Both the position numbers and the translations under genes were made by a program. A DNA stretch of 53,670 bases, counting the filler, from Bipalium vagum (lineage: Eukaryota), in the NCBI GenBank assembly GCA_037834085.1. It is 2 parts of 2 records of this genome, joined end to end, with 100 filler letters (N's around TTAATTAATTAA, not from the genome) between each part and the next. Parts side by side here need not be neighbours in the genome. Positions count along the whole stretch, not along the records: positions 1 to 31,507 come from JBBMKC010252420.1; 1 more part is not named here. The stretch is one strand, 5' to 3'. How positions within the stretch are numbered: position 1 is the stretch's first letter; each line of letters starts with the position of its first letter. Below are positions 12,896 through 25,260 of this stretch, piece after piece. The notes beneath the pieces were generated by a model. The model saw only the letters and a program-made list of their open reading frames with translations, did not search any database and was not told the origin of the DNA.

Positions 12896-14559
12896 TATAA
12901 GAAAGTACAAGACACGTTAACAAAAGCTGGGTATGTGCAGCTGGAGCATTATTCAAGTTCAGATCTTGCATGAAGTAATTTTTGGTTATTCAATCATCTG
13001 AAATAACATAAGAGAAGACAAAAATTTGTTTCAATGAATAACTTGACGAAATTACTCGTAAGAAAGACCTACATTTCTTTGAAATAGGCTAATAGGAAAA
13101 TCTTTATCAATGTAAACGGAAGTTATATAAAAAAATGTGATTTATAAATGTTCACATTCCACAAAAAATTGTTGAGTTGGTTTTATTATTTCCAGTAGGG
13201 TTTAAGTACTTTTTAGTCTTATCACATATCTTCAAAAAAAATTTCTAAGAGAATAAGCTAAAATTTTATGTCGTTCCCAATACTTTAAAAGATTCATTAT
13301 TTTAAAAAAATAATGTCGTTTTGGTTTTATGGAATATTTATTATTATTATTATTATTATTACTTGATTCTCAATAATGCTAGGCTCCATATAAAGCTCCA
13401 TATAGTTTTAAATATCATAATTTTTATTTATTATATGTATTGGTTTGAGAAGAAACTTTGTATGTTCAGATGCATAACATGCTTTCCCTGGAATGTTCCT
13501 ATCTGTGGCTACTTTATGGAAGTAAAGACAAGTGAAAAATATTTTCCTTTATTTAGGGTTCTAGAAATAAATTCATTTATCATCGTCCACAATAATTTTC
13601 GCAGACAGCGTTTCCTTTTTGTCAAATTGAATAAATAACCTTTCAATTTTGACCTTGTTCAGGACACCTTATCTTATGAAAATTACATTTTCTGATATTT
13701 TCAGACCATCTTTTGCAAATTCTTTTGATGGACCATTTTCACAATTAACCATTAAAAATATTCTGAGTTTCTGGGAACATCATTTATTTTAAGGTTGACA
13801 TGACTTCAAATATTAAAATATCTTTTCTGGTCAAGAATTAGTATCAATCGTACTTATAATGATTTAATAAAAATGAAAATTGAATCAAATATATTTGGGT
13901 TCATATGAGTAATTTTTTAATTTACTTGTTTTAGTACTTTAATCCTTAATACTAATATGTACTAAATATAAAATGTTTTCTTTCCTCAACATAACAACCA
14001 TTAATGCAAAAGTTTCTTTACTAATTCGATTAAGAGAAAATGTAGATTGCGTTTAAAGTTTATAACATTCTAAACTTGTGGTATTATCTGAAAAATATTG
14101 CATAATAAAATAATTCATCTTTTAAATGTACCTGTTCAATTTCAAATAAATATATAAAATAAGTATCTGTTTAAAGGTATGTTAACTTGTATTTACACTT
14201 TCACAATGCAAAATTTGAAAAATCACGCAATTGAAACTTATTTAAGTGTTGAGTAAAAGAAATTCATACGAATTTAGTAAATGTGTTGTGTGAATGACTT
14301 CCTTCATATGCCGCAGTAAAAAATGGGTCCTTGTATTCAGATGAGGTCGTAAATCGATGATCTACGTAGTCGTCATCCAAAAATTCTGTCAAAAAATGTA
14401 TTGATGAAATCTAGAACATTGTTAGTGAGATACCAACTATACATAATGTCGAAAAAGATTATGCATTCACGTATACATCATATGTTGAAACATGAATTAC
14501 TTGTGCTAGCAGTTATATCAACAAAATCAGTCATAGTTTGAACAATGTATCTAGACTGC

Positions 14560-16680
14560 TGATATAGTTCATCCACGTCTGAAATAGTGGTGTTAGTGGC
14601 TTTTTTGTCTTAAACAAGAATTTAATTGGTTTATGAACTTCTCACTAGAAATATTTTGCCATACAAGTAATGCTTAAAGTGGTTACAAAATTAATAGATT
14701 GCTAATAGTTCCTTTCTTGTGATGCATTACTCTTTTTCATGATTGTTCATTGCATGTGATCCGTACGCAATCACTATTTTACATTATTGTCTGCCTGTGA
14801 CAACACAGCTCCATTCGCTTCAAAACTGACATCAGTGTCTAATATAAACGTTCTTTTAATGTCTGGAAAGGCTAAGACTGGCGTCTTTGTTAGCAGCGAC
14901 TCTTTCAATTCTTGGAAGGCTACATTGCCTGCTTCGGCCCATATTAATTTCTCACACAATTTTTCTAACACTCTTGATTTTTTTTGCATACCCATTAATA
15001 AATTTTCGATAATTACAAATGCCCAGAAAGCTTTTTACATTTTTACGCAATTTTGCCTCCCTAAGCTTCTGTTTGCCTCAATTTACGCTGGGTCTGTTTT
15101 GATTCCTTGTTTGTCTATTATATGTCCTAGAAATTTAACTTATGTTCTTAGTAAATGGTATTTCTCTGGATTCACTCTAAGTCCTGCTTCTTTTATCATC
15201 TTTAGCACTTCACTTAATACTGTTTAATGATGTTCTATATCCTTTGTGTGAATCATGATATCATCTAAATAAACCATCGTAATTTTCAAATTTCCAAAAA
15301 CCTTTGTCATTAACTCTTGAAAAGTTCCCAAAGCAGCAGCTATACCAAAAGGCATTCTTGTGAAGCAAAACTGTCCTTCTTTTTTTGAAAAAGCAGTTTT
15401 TTATGTGAATCCGTCGTCAATTCAATCTGGTAATATGCATTACCCAAGTCAATGGTGCTTAAATATTTCGGTCCTTCCAATGTATCCATAAAATCCTCTA
15501 TGTTTGGCATCGGAAAAGCCTGAGGTTCAGTCACCTGGTTCAGCTTTCTAAAGTCTAGACATAACCTGACATTTTTTCTTTCTTTTTTCCATTCGCAAAG
15601 TAGTGGTGTTCAATGGTGAGTTGTATCTTTTTATTATTCCGTTCTCAAATAAATTCTTTATTGCTTCCTCAATTTTTTCTTCTAGATGCATCGCCTGTCT
15701 CCACAGTTTCGTGTTAATTTGTTTACCAGTAGTTTTGATTTCGTGCTTCATCATTTTTGTACATCCAATATCCCACGGATCTACCATGAATGTTTCTTTA
15801 TTTTTTTCTATTACTTCCAATAGCCTCTTATCTTCGACGGTGACTAATATCTTCTTTGCTCTTCGCAGGCGCTCTTCATTTTTAAAAAATCTTCCAAACT
15901 TGGCCTCAATGTTGAATACTTGTGAGTCATCCCTTTCTATCGAAATTTTCATTAATTTAAACCAAAACTTTGTCAAAAATTCTGTTCCTCCGATGAGCTC
16001 TGGTGAAACCTGCTATACAATTGTGAATGACATTGACTCAGCTCTATCTTCAATATAAACACCAACTGTTATCTTTCCTACCACATTCATTGCGCTATTA
16101 TTCGCAGTCTTTATGGTCTCCATGCATCTGCATATTTCTACATTGCCTAATTCTAGAAATTTATTTCGAATCATCACATTTATACTAGCTACAGTATCCA
16201 GTAAGCATTCCATTTCGTGTCCATGTATATTAACTGTTATACTTGGCCTTCCTTTCATCATGTTATATTTAATACTCTGTTCTTTAAAACTATTCATCGT
16301 TACTATCTCCTTTTCATCTCCTCTAAATTTTTCTTTAAAAATCTGTTCAACTATCCCAATTCATTCTTTTGCCCTGAAACTTTTTCATTTTCAATACCAC
16401 TTTTCACATTCTCTATTACATTTCTCTCATTGCAAAACCGTATTCCTACTTCTAGTTCAAGGCTTCGATCAAATCGACTTTGGACTGAGCCCGCCCTTTT
16501 GGGTGTTCATAGTATGAGTCTGTTTGTCCCTCTCAATGACCATACAGTCTTTTTCTGTCTTCTAATGTTGAAAACACCTCAGCCGTTTCTTCTGAAATCT
16601 CGTTCACATTTCTCTGGAATCTATTACTTCTTTTATATTCCGTTCCTCTATTTCTCTCATAATTATATAGTTGTCTGATA
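14560..16680 (-). mobile_element. Ty3/gypsy LTR retrotransposon fragment (gag end, protease, RT, RNase H), pseudogenised
   Basis: Protease CLLDTVAS; RT YLSTIDLGNAYYQI and VYLDD (YLDD at 15260-15271); RNase H FILDTDVS..GAVLSQ and CITRKELLA; PR-RT-RH order; frameshifts; no LTRs or integrase seen. Confidence 0.93.
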
Positions 16681-16699
16681 CCTCTTATTCTTGACTCTT

Positions 16700-16890
16700 T
16701 TTTGTGATGGCCCTTTCCATTACCTTGTAAAAGGTAAAGAAATCAATCTCAATTATTATGTAAACCTGTTGGATCAATTGGATAAGATTTTTATTAAAGG
16801 ACCTGGGTTGAAGAAAAAAATCATCATTTCTCATCAGGACAACACAACAACTCACAAAAATGCATTGGAAATGACAAAGCTGAAAAAACT
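16700..16890 (+). mobile_element. Mariner catalytic-domain fragment
   Basis: INLNYYVNLLDQL...SHQDNTTTHK (HDNA-like). Confidence 0.7.
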
Positions 16891-16904
16891 ATTAGATTGT
16901 TCAG

Positions 16905-17045
16905 AAATTTTTGTATCTTTTTTGTACATTCATTTTAAAACAGTATTCAGTCAAAAAAAATAATTTTTTCATTTTAATCAATAAACATTTTGTTTTGATT
17001 GACTATGTTGTTTTAAAATGAATGTACAAAAAGGTGCAAAAATTT
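16905..17045. repeat. Long inverted repeat (MITE/foldback-like)
   Basis: aaatttttgtatcttttttgtacattcattttaaaaca vs tgttttaaaatgaatgtacaaaaaggtgcaaaaattt: ~37-bp arms with 2 mismatches and 1 indel. Confidence 0.8.
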
Positions 17046-17436
17046 ACACACTTAGCATTTACACAATTATCATTTACACACTTTTGCCAATGAATTGGTT
17101 AATTTTTCATTCATATGCGATAGAATTCGGTAGACCTGAAGGCAATGAACTCTTCAAATTCTCTCTTTAGCACCTCTTCGTTCTGATCTTTTTTCATTGA
17201 CCGGTCTTGAATCTTACTTTCATTCACATGGCTTCTAATGAAATTTAAGGTTTCACAGAACGGTTTCATGTACTTCCATATATTATATTATTAATTTATT
17301 AAAATAATCTCTTTTACGCTTTTAAAAATTTCTCCTTTCATACTCTCCTCTTACATGTTCATGTATCATATCTTCATATCTGTCTCTTCTCATAGTATAT
17401 ACATAAATCGATTCTCTATACTTGGCAATTATATAT

Positions 17437-18575
17437 AGGGTGTTTATTATGTATGTTAACATACTTTATTTGTAAATTACAAGTTAAAAAATAAAGGTGT
17501 TACTATTTTTTTATATGGATTAAAAGTTTAATAATCCATTTAGTTAATTTTAAAATAAAATGGCTTTGTGTTTTTCGATGGAAGAAAGAATTCAAATTGT
17601 TGTATGGAACTCCAAATTTAATAATTTTGAAGAAGTAATTAGGCATGGGAAAAAGAAGTTTATCACTCCAGCACCAAGTAGGCAAACAATTAAAAAAGTG
17701 GAAAAGTTTAAGAAGACTGGAAGTGTTCATGTCCAAGTAAAATCCGGCCGACCTCTTTCCGTATTCACAACGAAAAAAATTCAAAGAGTGAAAAAATTGG
17801 TTGAAGAATCTAGCAAGTTGTCAGTTCGGCAGGGTGCTAGGAAACTTGACATGATTGTAAGCAGTTATTACAAGGCAATTAATGAAGCAGGCTTTTATTC
17901 ATTTAAGCCGTCAACCGTAATTGAGATCAGCGATGACGACTTTGACCGAAGAATGGAATTTTGTCAGACAATATTGGTACAACTCCAAAACGACTCTTCT
18001 TTGGTCAACAAAATAATGTGATCAGGCGAGAGTAAGTTCATGCTCAATGGAGTTGTTAATCGCCACAATTGCTGCTATTGGGCCTACTCTAACCCTAAAA
18101 TAACAATTCCTGTTAGAAACTCCAGGGTCGGGATAACGGTGTGGTGTGATTTAAGTTCACAAGGTATCATTGGACCACACTTCTTCGAAGATACGGTAAT
18201 TGGTGAGTCATACATGGAGATGCTGGAAAAGTTTTTATGACCTAGAATAATAAGAGGTCGTAAGTACTTACAAAATGAAGGGGCACCTGTGCACTATTCG
18301 CAAAAAGTCAGGAACTGCCTAGGCAAAAAGTTCCCAAATTACTGGATTGGAAGACGAGGTCCAATTAAGTGGCCTCCTCGTTCGACTTCCTCTTGTGGTG
18401 ATATCTAAAACAAAAATGTGTACAGAGACAGACCTCATACAATCGCTGAGCTCAAGGATAAAATCAGTCATGTTTGTAATGAAGTAGATACTGGAATGTG
18501 CCAGCGAGCATGTCTAAATGTACTGTCACGATTAAGCCATTACCTAGCTATCAACGGGCGTCAAATTATATAATT
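17437..18575 (+). mobile_element. Tc1/mariner element (rosa/DD41D-like); best-preserved transposase pseudogene in the window
   Basis: ORFs 17560-18021 and 18040-18240: HTH region KFKKTGSV..SGRP, then NGVVNRHNCCYW, IIGPHFFE, LQNEGAPVH and WIGRRGPIKWPPRS; in-frame stops. Confidence 0.92.
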
Positions 18576-18879
18576 ACATTACTTATATAATTACATTCTT
18601 ATTACTTTATATTGCATTGACAACGATTGCATTTCATTTGACAAATTTCCTCTTGTGATTCTCAGAATCACAATCAAAACATTGTTTATTTTATTTTTAA
18701 TGTTTCTACTTATGTTCTCTAAGTCGTTAAACTTTGGCGAGAAATTTCAAAACTTTTCTGTCATCACTTTACATATTTGTGTTTATGTAGAACCAATCTG
18801 ATTATTTGGTGTATAGTAATTATTTAAAATTCTTTTATTCCTTTGATTAAGAAATTTCTGTTGATATGGCAGAGAGAAG

Positions 18880-19289
18880 CATAAACAATATGATTTCTTA
18901 TCCCATCTCTGTGTGGGAGGCACCCAATCCCTGATTCATTTGGGTTTGTCTTAATGGACATTCTAACAACTGCAATATTTTTGTACACAGTACATTTGTC
19001 TTATTGGAAACAGCATTTATAAGCGAATAAATTGACTCAAACCTTTGCACCAGACGTTCCATTGTTCTTCTAATGGAATGATTAGAACGGCCAAAAATCG
19101 GTTTTAATAAGCGTAAAGTTTCCTCAATTGAACGGGTAATTTGGTAATAATTTTGAATTATTTGCAATCGTTGCTAATTTGTAAATTGATGGATATTTAA
19201 AATATTGAAGATTAATAAATGTAAAAATGAAAATTTAAAATAAATGAAATTTAATTTAAAGTTTATTTTCAAAATAGAAAATACGTTGT
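18880..19289 (-). mobile_element. 5' half of a Tc1/mariner (rosa-like) element
   Basis: QRLQIIQNYYQ...LKPIFGR...RLVQRFES; TIR-like TAAAGAGTGCTTCATTTAAG. Confidence 0.7.
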
Positions 19290-19904
19290 CTTAAATGAAG
19301 CACTCTTTAGATTATAGAATTTAATTAAGCTGGTGCTATTTTGTTTTTATTAAATTACTTACTTCATACCATAAAAAAACCCGAATTGTTAAAATTAATT
19401 ATAATAAAATAAGACAAATAATATCAAGAAAGTTTATTATAAAGAATGTGGTATATTAACATTTAAAACTTTCTGCTTTATAATTTCCGTTACTATCCGA
19501 GATTTACTTTCAAGAATTGAAGTCGAAGTTTCAGGCTTAGTTGACCAGAAATTCTCTTTAATGAAAACCACAATTAGTCAACATTTTTACATGTATTCCT
19601 AAAAACTCGCTTATTGAGAGACGTGAAAAAAACGATTTAATTTGCATTTAAATCTTGGTTCGTTAATAGTGATTATGCTAGGAACAACTCATTGAAGCGT
19701 TCAAAATTATTCTTTCCAATGTGTGGGCGAGCATTGTCCATTTGCGAAGTCACATTCTAACACGACTGCATTTTGTTACAAATCATAGGCATAAATTCTA
19801 TGGTCATCATGTCATAAAAATTATCTACTGTTATTGTGCAATCAATTTTGTATGAGAGTCACCCTTATGATAATTTTTCGAAGAAGGCTGGGCCTCGACA
19901 TTTT

Positions 19905-20510
19905 TCTGAATCCTCTAGATACCAATCAATCCATTAAATCCATTTTCAATATCTGGTTTCGCAATAGCTGTGAGAGTCATGATCTTTGATTGATTATCTT
20001 GACTGAGTAGTGGCTGTTTTTTTTCGCGAATTGCTGTCATGATATCATTCCCGCTGGAAAGGATACAACTCAAACCACTTCTCATCTATGTCAACATGAC
20101 TATTCTATTGATGATGAAGATTCTGTCGACACCATTTTAGCCTCTTCAATTTCTGGTCATCAGTCCGTTCATCTGGAAATAAGTCTCATTCCTTCTTCTT
20201 TGATAATTCTTTGAACACTTGTATGTGGAATATCAGTCTCCTCATAAATACACATAATGCTAGAGGATCTCCGCTTCCGAATAGATTCCATAACTAATTG
20301 TCGTCTACCAACATATCCTTCAATATACTTTCTTCCTGAACCACTCTCTGTCCAGAGTACCTATTACAAAAAATTTCTTTCGTAAATCGCATGTGTAATC
20401 TTTGTTGACGCTGAATGTATCGCATAGACTTTCAATTTTTTCGTACTGTGGCTGTGCTTTATCAATTTTCATGAGAATCCTCTTATAGTGGGTTAATATT
20501 AATATTTTAT
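19905..20510 (-). mobile_element. Transposase fragment resembling plant-type (DD39D) mariner
   Basis: Minus-strand GSGRK, HVDIDEKWF and KIMTLTAIAKPDIENGFNGLIGI, resembling IHIDEKWF and KVMFLAAVARP...FDGKIG of Soymar/Osmar-type transposases. Confidence 0.65.
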
Positions 20511-20734
20511 TATCATTAGATAGCGTCTTGTATAATAATCAATATTACATCAATTAAACAATTTCATTTCAACGTAATTCATTTTTTCAATTTTTATTCA
20601 ATTTTCAATATATTTTGGATCAATGTCCCTTCATTTTATGACATCACACCAATGACAACTAGTTCTCTTTTAAATGTTTTTAAATCTCATTTGTGGAAAT
20701 CGATCTCTACATTAAATCATTAACTCCTGAAATA

Positions 20735-21600
20735 TATTAGGTGACCTAAAGTTTCTTCAGTTTTTAAGTAAAAGACAAACAATCTTTTTTATATTACAAA
20801 TAAACTTTATTGAATCGAGTATTTTTCATTTTTTTCGATATCCTTTCGTCATTTATATGGAAAATCCATATTAATATCATTACAGAATTTGAGACTTCTG
20901 GTCAAAATCTGTGTAATGTACTTTTCAGTATTCATGAAATCATTGAAACTCCGTTGAAAAAAAATTCCATAGAGACAGAAAAAAATGATAAGTCTGGGCA
21001 TCCCAACAAAATTCTTTGTATATTTGATGAGTCATTAAACATGTGTGTGTAGTCGGGATTGATCGTGATAAACCACAAAGCCCTTTTGTTGAGTAAATTC
21101 TACTGATTAAATTCTTTTCAGATAAATTATGAGGAACACAAATATCAAATTTTTCTTGTAACCACGCTTTTTCAGATGATTTAAAACACCTTGAAAAATT
21201 CATAGATTTTTAGAAGTGTCAAAACTGCACATATTTTTTTGACCAAATGACTAGAATTTTTACCTTTGAGAAAATAAAATTTTATAAATCATCGTATTTC
21301 TATATTTTGATTTTTTGCGACATCTTTTAATTCGGATAAACAAATGATGGTAATGTACACATAGGGAAGTGAATTATATATGAATAAAATTTTTTTTTAA
21401 TGGAGTTCCAATGATATCAAGAGAAGACTGTGAAAAGTACATAGTACAGATTTTGACCGGAAGTCTCAAATTCTGCAGTGATATGATTATAGATTTACCA
21501 GATAAATTAAAAAAGGCTATCAAACAAAATGAAACATTCGATTAAATAAAGTTTATTTGTTATATGAAAAAAAGTTATTTTTTAATGTTTACATTTCAAG
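20735..21600. mobile_element. Foldback mariner derivative with ~190-bp inverted arms
   Basis: ~20783-20970 is the degenerate reverse complement of ~21380-21575 (e.g. gaatttgagacttctggtcaaaatctgt / acagattttgaccggaagtctcaaattc); the interior encodes a WVPHEL-like CVPHNLSEKN on the minus strand. Confidence 0.8.
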
Positions 21601-21669
21601 TAAAACAAAACTTTATTAATAAAAATAAGAACCAATTCATTCAATTCATTTTGACCAACAAAATAAAGT

Positions 21670-22570
21670 ATTTTAGACCATTAATGTTAAATTCAAGTTT
21701 CCTGAAAGCGATGAAATCATTGAAGGCATTTTGGTGTTCTTGGTTTTTAAAATAATTATCCATAAATAATTGCCAAAAGAAGTTGCAGTCAGTGGGCGAA
21801 AGGTCTGGTAAGTATGGTGGATGCGACGGGATTTCGTAACCTAGTTGGTTAATTGTAAAACATGTGCTGCCAGGCGTTGTTGTGAAGCTGAATCGGTCAT
21901 TTTCTTTTGATTAATGCTGGACATAACATAGTCAAAATTTTAGGTGCATATCATCAATTCTGTGACAGTATCTCTACTGTAATTGTTTTCAGATTCAAGA
22001 AGATGTGATGAATGAGATCGAGCACAGACCACCAAACAGTCTACATAACTTTCTTTTGGTGTAACTTTCATTTTGGTATAGTATTTTCATATATTATCTA
22101 CTTTTATTCATACACAATCCGATAAAAAATAATCCTTATCGTGCAAAATGAGTGAAGATGCAACTTTGTTTCGTGTGAAACTCACTTTTCTATATTTTTG
22201 ACTTAACAAGTTCTGCAGGTGGTTCGAAATTGTTTCAGTTATAACACCTAAATCGGATATAAGTTCTGTAATTGATTTATATTGAAGGCCACCTTGCATC
22301 TTCGATCTTCCTTATCTTCAAGTGTTTCATCTCCATTACGAAACATTGTAAATCAACGTTGTAGTGTACCTTCTTTCACAAAATCCGCCCCTAATATTCA
22401 GACTTGCTTACGCTGCTTTGAGGACCCAGCATAAACTCGTATATGATTTTATTATTATTATTATTATTTAACTTATTGGAAATCAAGCACTTTAAAATTA
22501 TATATACTATGAATCAAAATAATATAAAGGTTGTGTCAAAATAACGGGAAAAGGAGATTTATAAAATCCA
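21670..22570 (-). mobile_element. Decayed mariner element
   Basis: SHPPYLPDLSPTDCNFF motif, plus HTH relic TELISDLGVITETISNHL. Confidence 0.85.
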
Positions 22571-23897
22571 AATTTAATTTTTAAAACAATCTAATAATAT
22601 TGGTATTTGTTGTATTTATTCAAAAACTTTTAAGAATTTTTCAATATCGATTGAGTTTCTATCAAATATCTAAATAAAAATAAAAATTATATAATTCCTT
22701 AAACTAAAAGCCTTTTTCATTAAAATTACTCGAAAACATTATAAATCTTATTACAATAAACCAAGATAGTTCTTCATAATTGGGGGTGGGTAAGCAAAAT
22801 AAATAATGTCACATTTTCTTAGAAATAAAGATTTTAATGAAAGTAAAACTTTAATATTTTATTTTTATTTATTATTACTAAAAATAATACTAAAACTTTT
22901 TGGGATCTTCAATGTTGCGTTTAAGAAAATTGGTATTTTAGTGAGAATATTTTCTAATTCTAAATGTTCTTGATAAAATCATTGTTTTATTGTCTTTTGT
23001 ATATAAATGAGGTACATTTTATTAAGTATCGTCCTATGAAGTTGCCGGTTTTTAAAATTTAGCATTTCTATCGTAAATTACAAAATTATTGTTGAGAAAT
23101 CTTAGTATTTATGGTTTCATAAGAAAGCATAACAAATTGAAGAAATGGTTCTATTTTTTATAGAGACAATAAGGAAAATAATGTTTTCATACCATATGTA
23201 ATTATATATCATCAGTATATTCTTTATTCTTTGTTCTTTTGATTCAAAATTTCATTTTTAAAATTGGTAAATTTTTTCTGATGTAACACAAATTTTTCTC
23301 TTATGTTTGCTGAAAATTGCCTTAAAAATTAAAATTATAGAAATATTCGAAAAGTGAGACTAAGAATTATGATATTCTTTAAAGCAGAGTGAAATTCTAT
23401 AAATATCGATTTATAAAGTCAAACCTTAAGAAATTGGAAAAAATTTCATGATTTAAATTTTTATATTATTATTTCAATTTTCACAGAATACTTTCATGTG
23501 TTTTTTGTCATCAAACAGGAAGAAAATCTATGGAAGACCCTACATATACAAGCATCTACTAATGTATGTTATCTAACTATATTTAATGTATTTGTTAAAT
23601 ATTTTTTTTATAAAACTAATGTTTATCAAATAAATATTTTATTTTTAATAAATTAAATTAAGCAATCTTATATTTGAAATTTGCTAAATAAAATAATAAT
23701 AATAAAAGTTGTAATCTCACAATCTTAATCATCATATTATTGAATTGGAAACTAAGTTCTGTCTGTAGAACATTTATAGATAAAAAATTATACAACATCA
23801 CAAAAAGGTAAATAATGTTGCAAATGGTTACATTATGTCATGTGTGTATGTTCCTCTAAATATTTTCCTGTCACATTCAACACATCATCATCTAGAT

Positions 23898-24208
23898 CAG
23901 CGGTCCTCAACCTTTTTTCTAAGGCGACCCATTTTTCATTTTTTATATCTTAGCGACCTCAAAGAAAATCAATATTACTAAAAAAAATCAGAACTCACCA
24001 TATTTTAAAAAAACAACTTATAATAATAAGATTATTAGATATTAACATTAGCTAAAAATACTTAACTGCAGTAGTTAAGGCAATTGTGAACAGAAATAGT
24101 TTAATCAGCATCACAAACTATTTATTTAACAGTATCACAAAACAAAGGACCCTTTAAAATGCTTGCCGATTCCATTTTGGGTTGCCACTTAGGGATTGAG
24201 AATCACTG
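23898..24208. mobile_element. hAT (Charlie/MER5-like) MITE, 311 bp
   Basis: Termini CAGCGGTCCTCAACC / GATTGAGAATCACTG; perfect 8-bp TSD ATCTAGAT at 23890-23897 and 24209-24216 (Charlie-type NTCTAGAN target). Confidence 0.9.
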
Positions 24209-24229
24209 ATCTAGATGGTAAACAGTCAA

Positions 24230-25260
24230 AAGCTACTTGAAAGAATTTTTTATCTTTTGAATTTATCCATTGTATGAAATCCAACTGTATTTCATCAACC
24301 TTTAACATTTTTGTTTCTCATATCATTCTGTAGTGTGGAGAACAAATAAAAATCAGACGGTGACAAGTCAGGTGAGTAATTGTAGTCAAATTAACTGATG
24401 AAATCTTTAGGAGGAACAGTCAGATTACATGTGGTTTCGCTTTATCTTACAAAAAGTAAAAAATAATTTTTAGCTAATCTTCTCTTTGCTTGAAATCCAA
24501 TTGACGTTTTTCTAACAGTTCACGATACACATATGGTAAGTGGTAGAACTAGCATAAAAATGATACCTTTTGAATCCAAAAAAACACCTAAAAGTTGCTT
24601 TCTGTGTGTGAATTGTTATGGCACAACAGAAGTGGAATTAGCTGTTCCGTACTAGCTTTTATTTTGTTAAGATTTCTTAGTGTCCCAGTATATTCTATCT
24701 ATGTTTTATCGACAGTAATTAATCTTGGGAAAAAAATTTTCGTCAAATATGTTCAACAAATAACAACGTATCTGTTATTTGACAGCTTTGTTTTCATTGA
24801 TAAGGTTGTGATGAAGCCATGCATTGACTCTGTAACTCTTACCGATTGCTTCCAAAGGATTCAATACTGTCATGCGAGAGTAACCAGTTCTTTCGGCTAT
24901 TTGTCTACTAGTTGCAAATGGATCTTCATTTAAAGTATTTGGTATAATATTACTCAAATCAATTGATGGACGTCACTCAAGAGTTTTATCTTGAACTAAA
25001 TAAATCATACTGTTTTAAACTTGATATCCATCTTCTGCATATTTGTTCATCAACCATTTCACTTTCAAGAACCGTATTAATCTTAGTCATAATTTTAAAA
25101 GAATTCATATTGTATTTACAACAAAAATAAATCAATTTTCGTAAATCTACTTGATAAATTTCATAACTACAATAAAAATCAGAGTAAACTAATTGATTTC
25201 ATATTTACTAACCATATTTACAAGAAAAAGAACTTATAATTATTTCCGGACAGAACTTCT
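24230..25260 (-). mobile_element. Decayed mariner element
   Basis: EDPFATSRQIAERTG..., NAWLHHNL (WVPHEL-like), PRLITVDK and a YSPDL-like relic. Confidence 0.8.

Noticed and set aside
14787-16678. Several 130-150-aa plus-strand ORFs
   Set aside because: Antisense shadows of the gypsy gag-pol.
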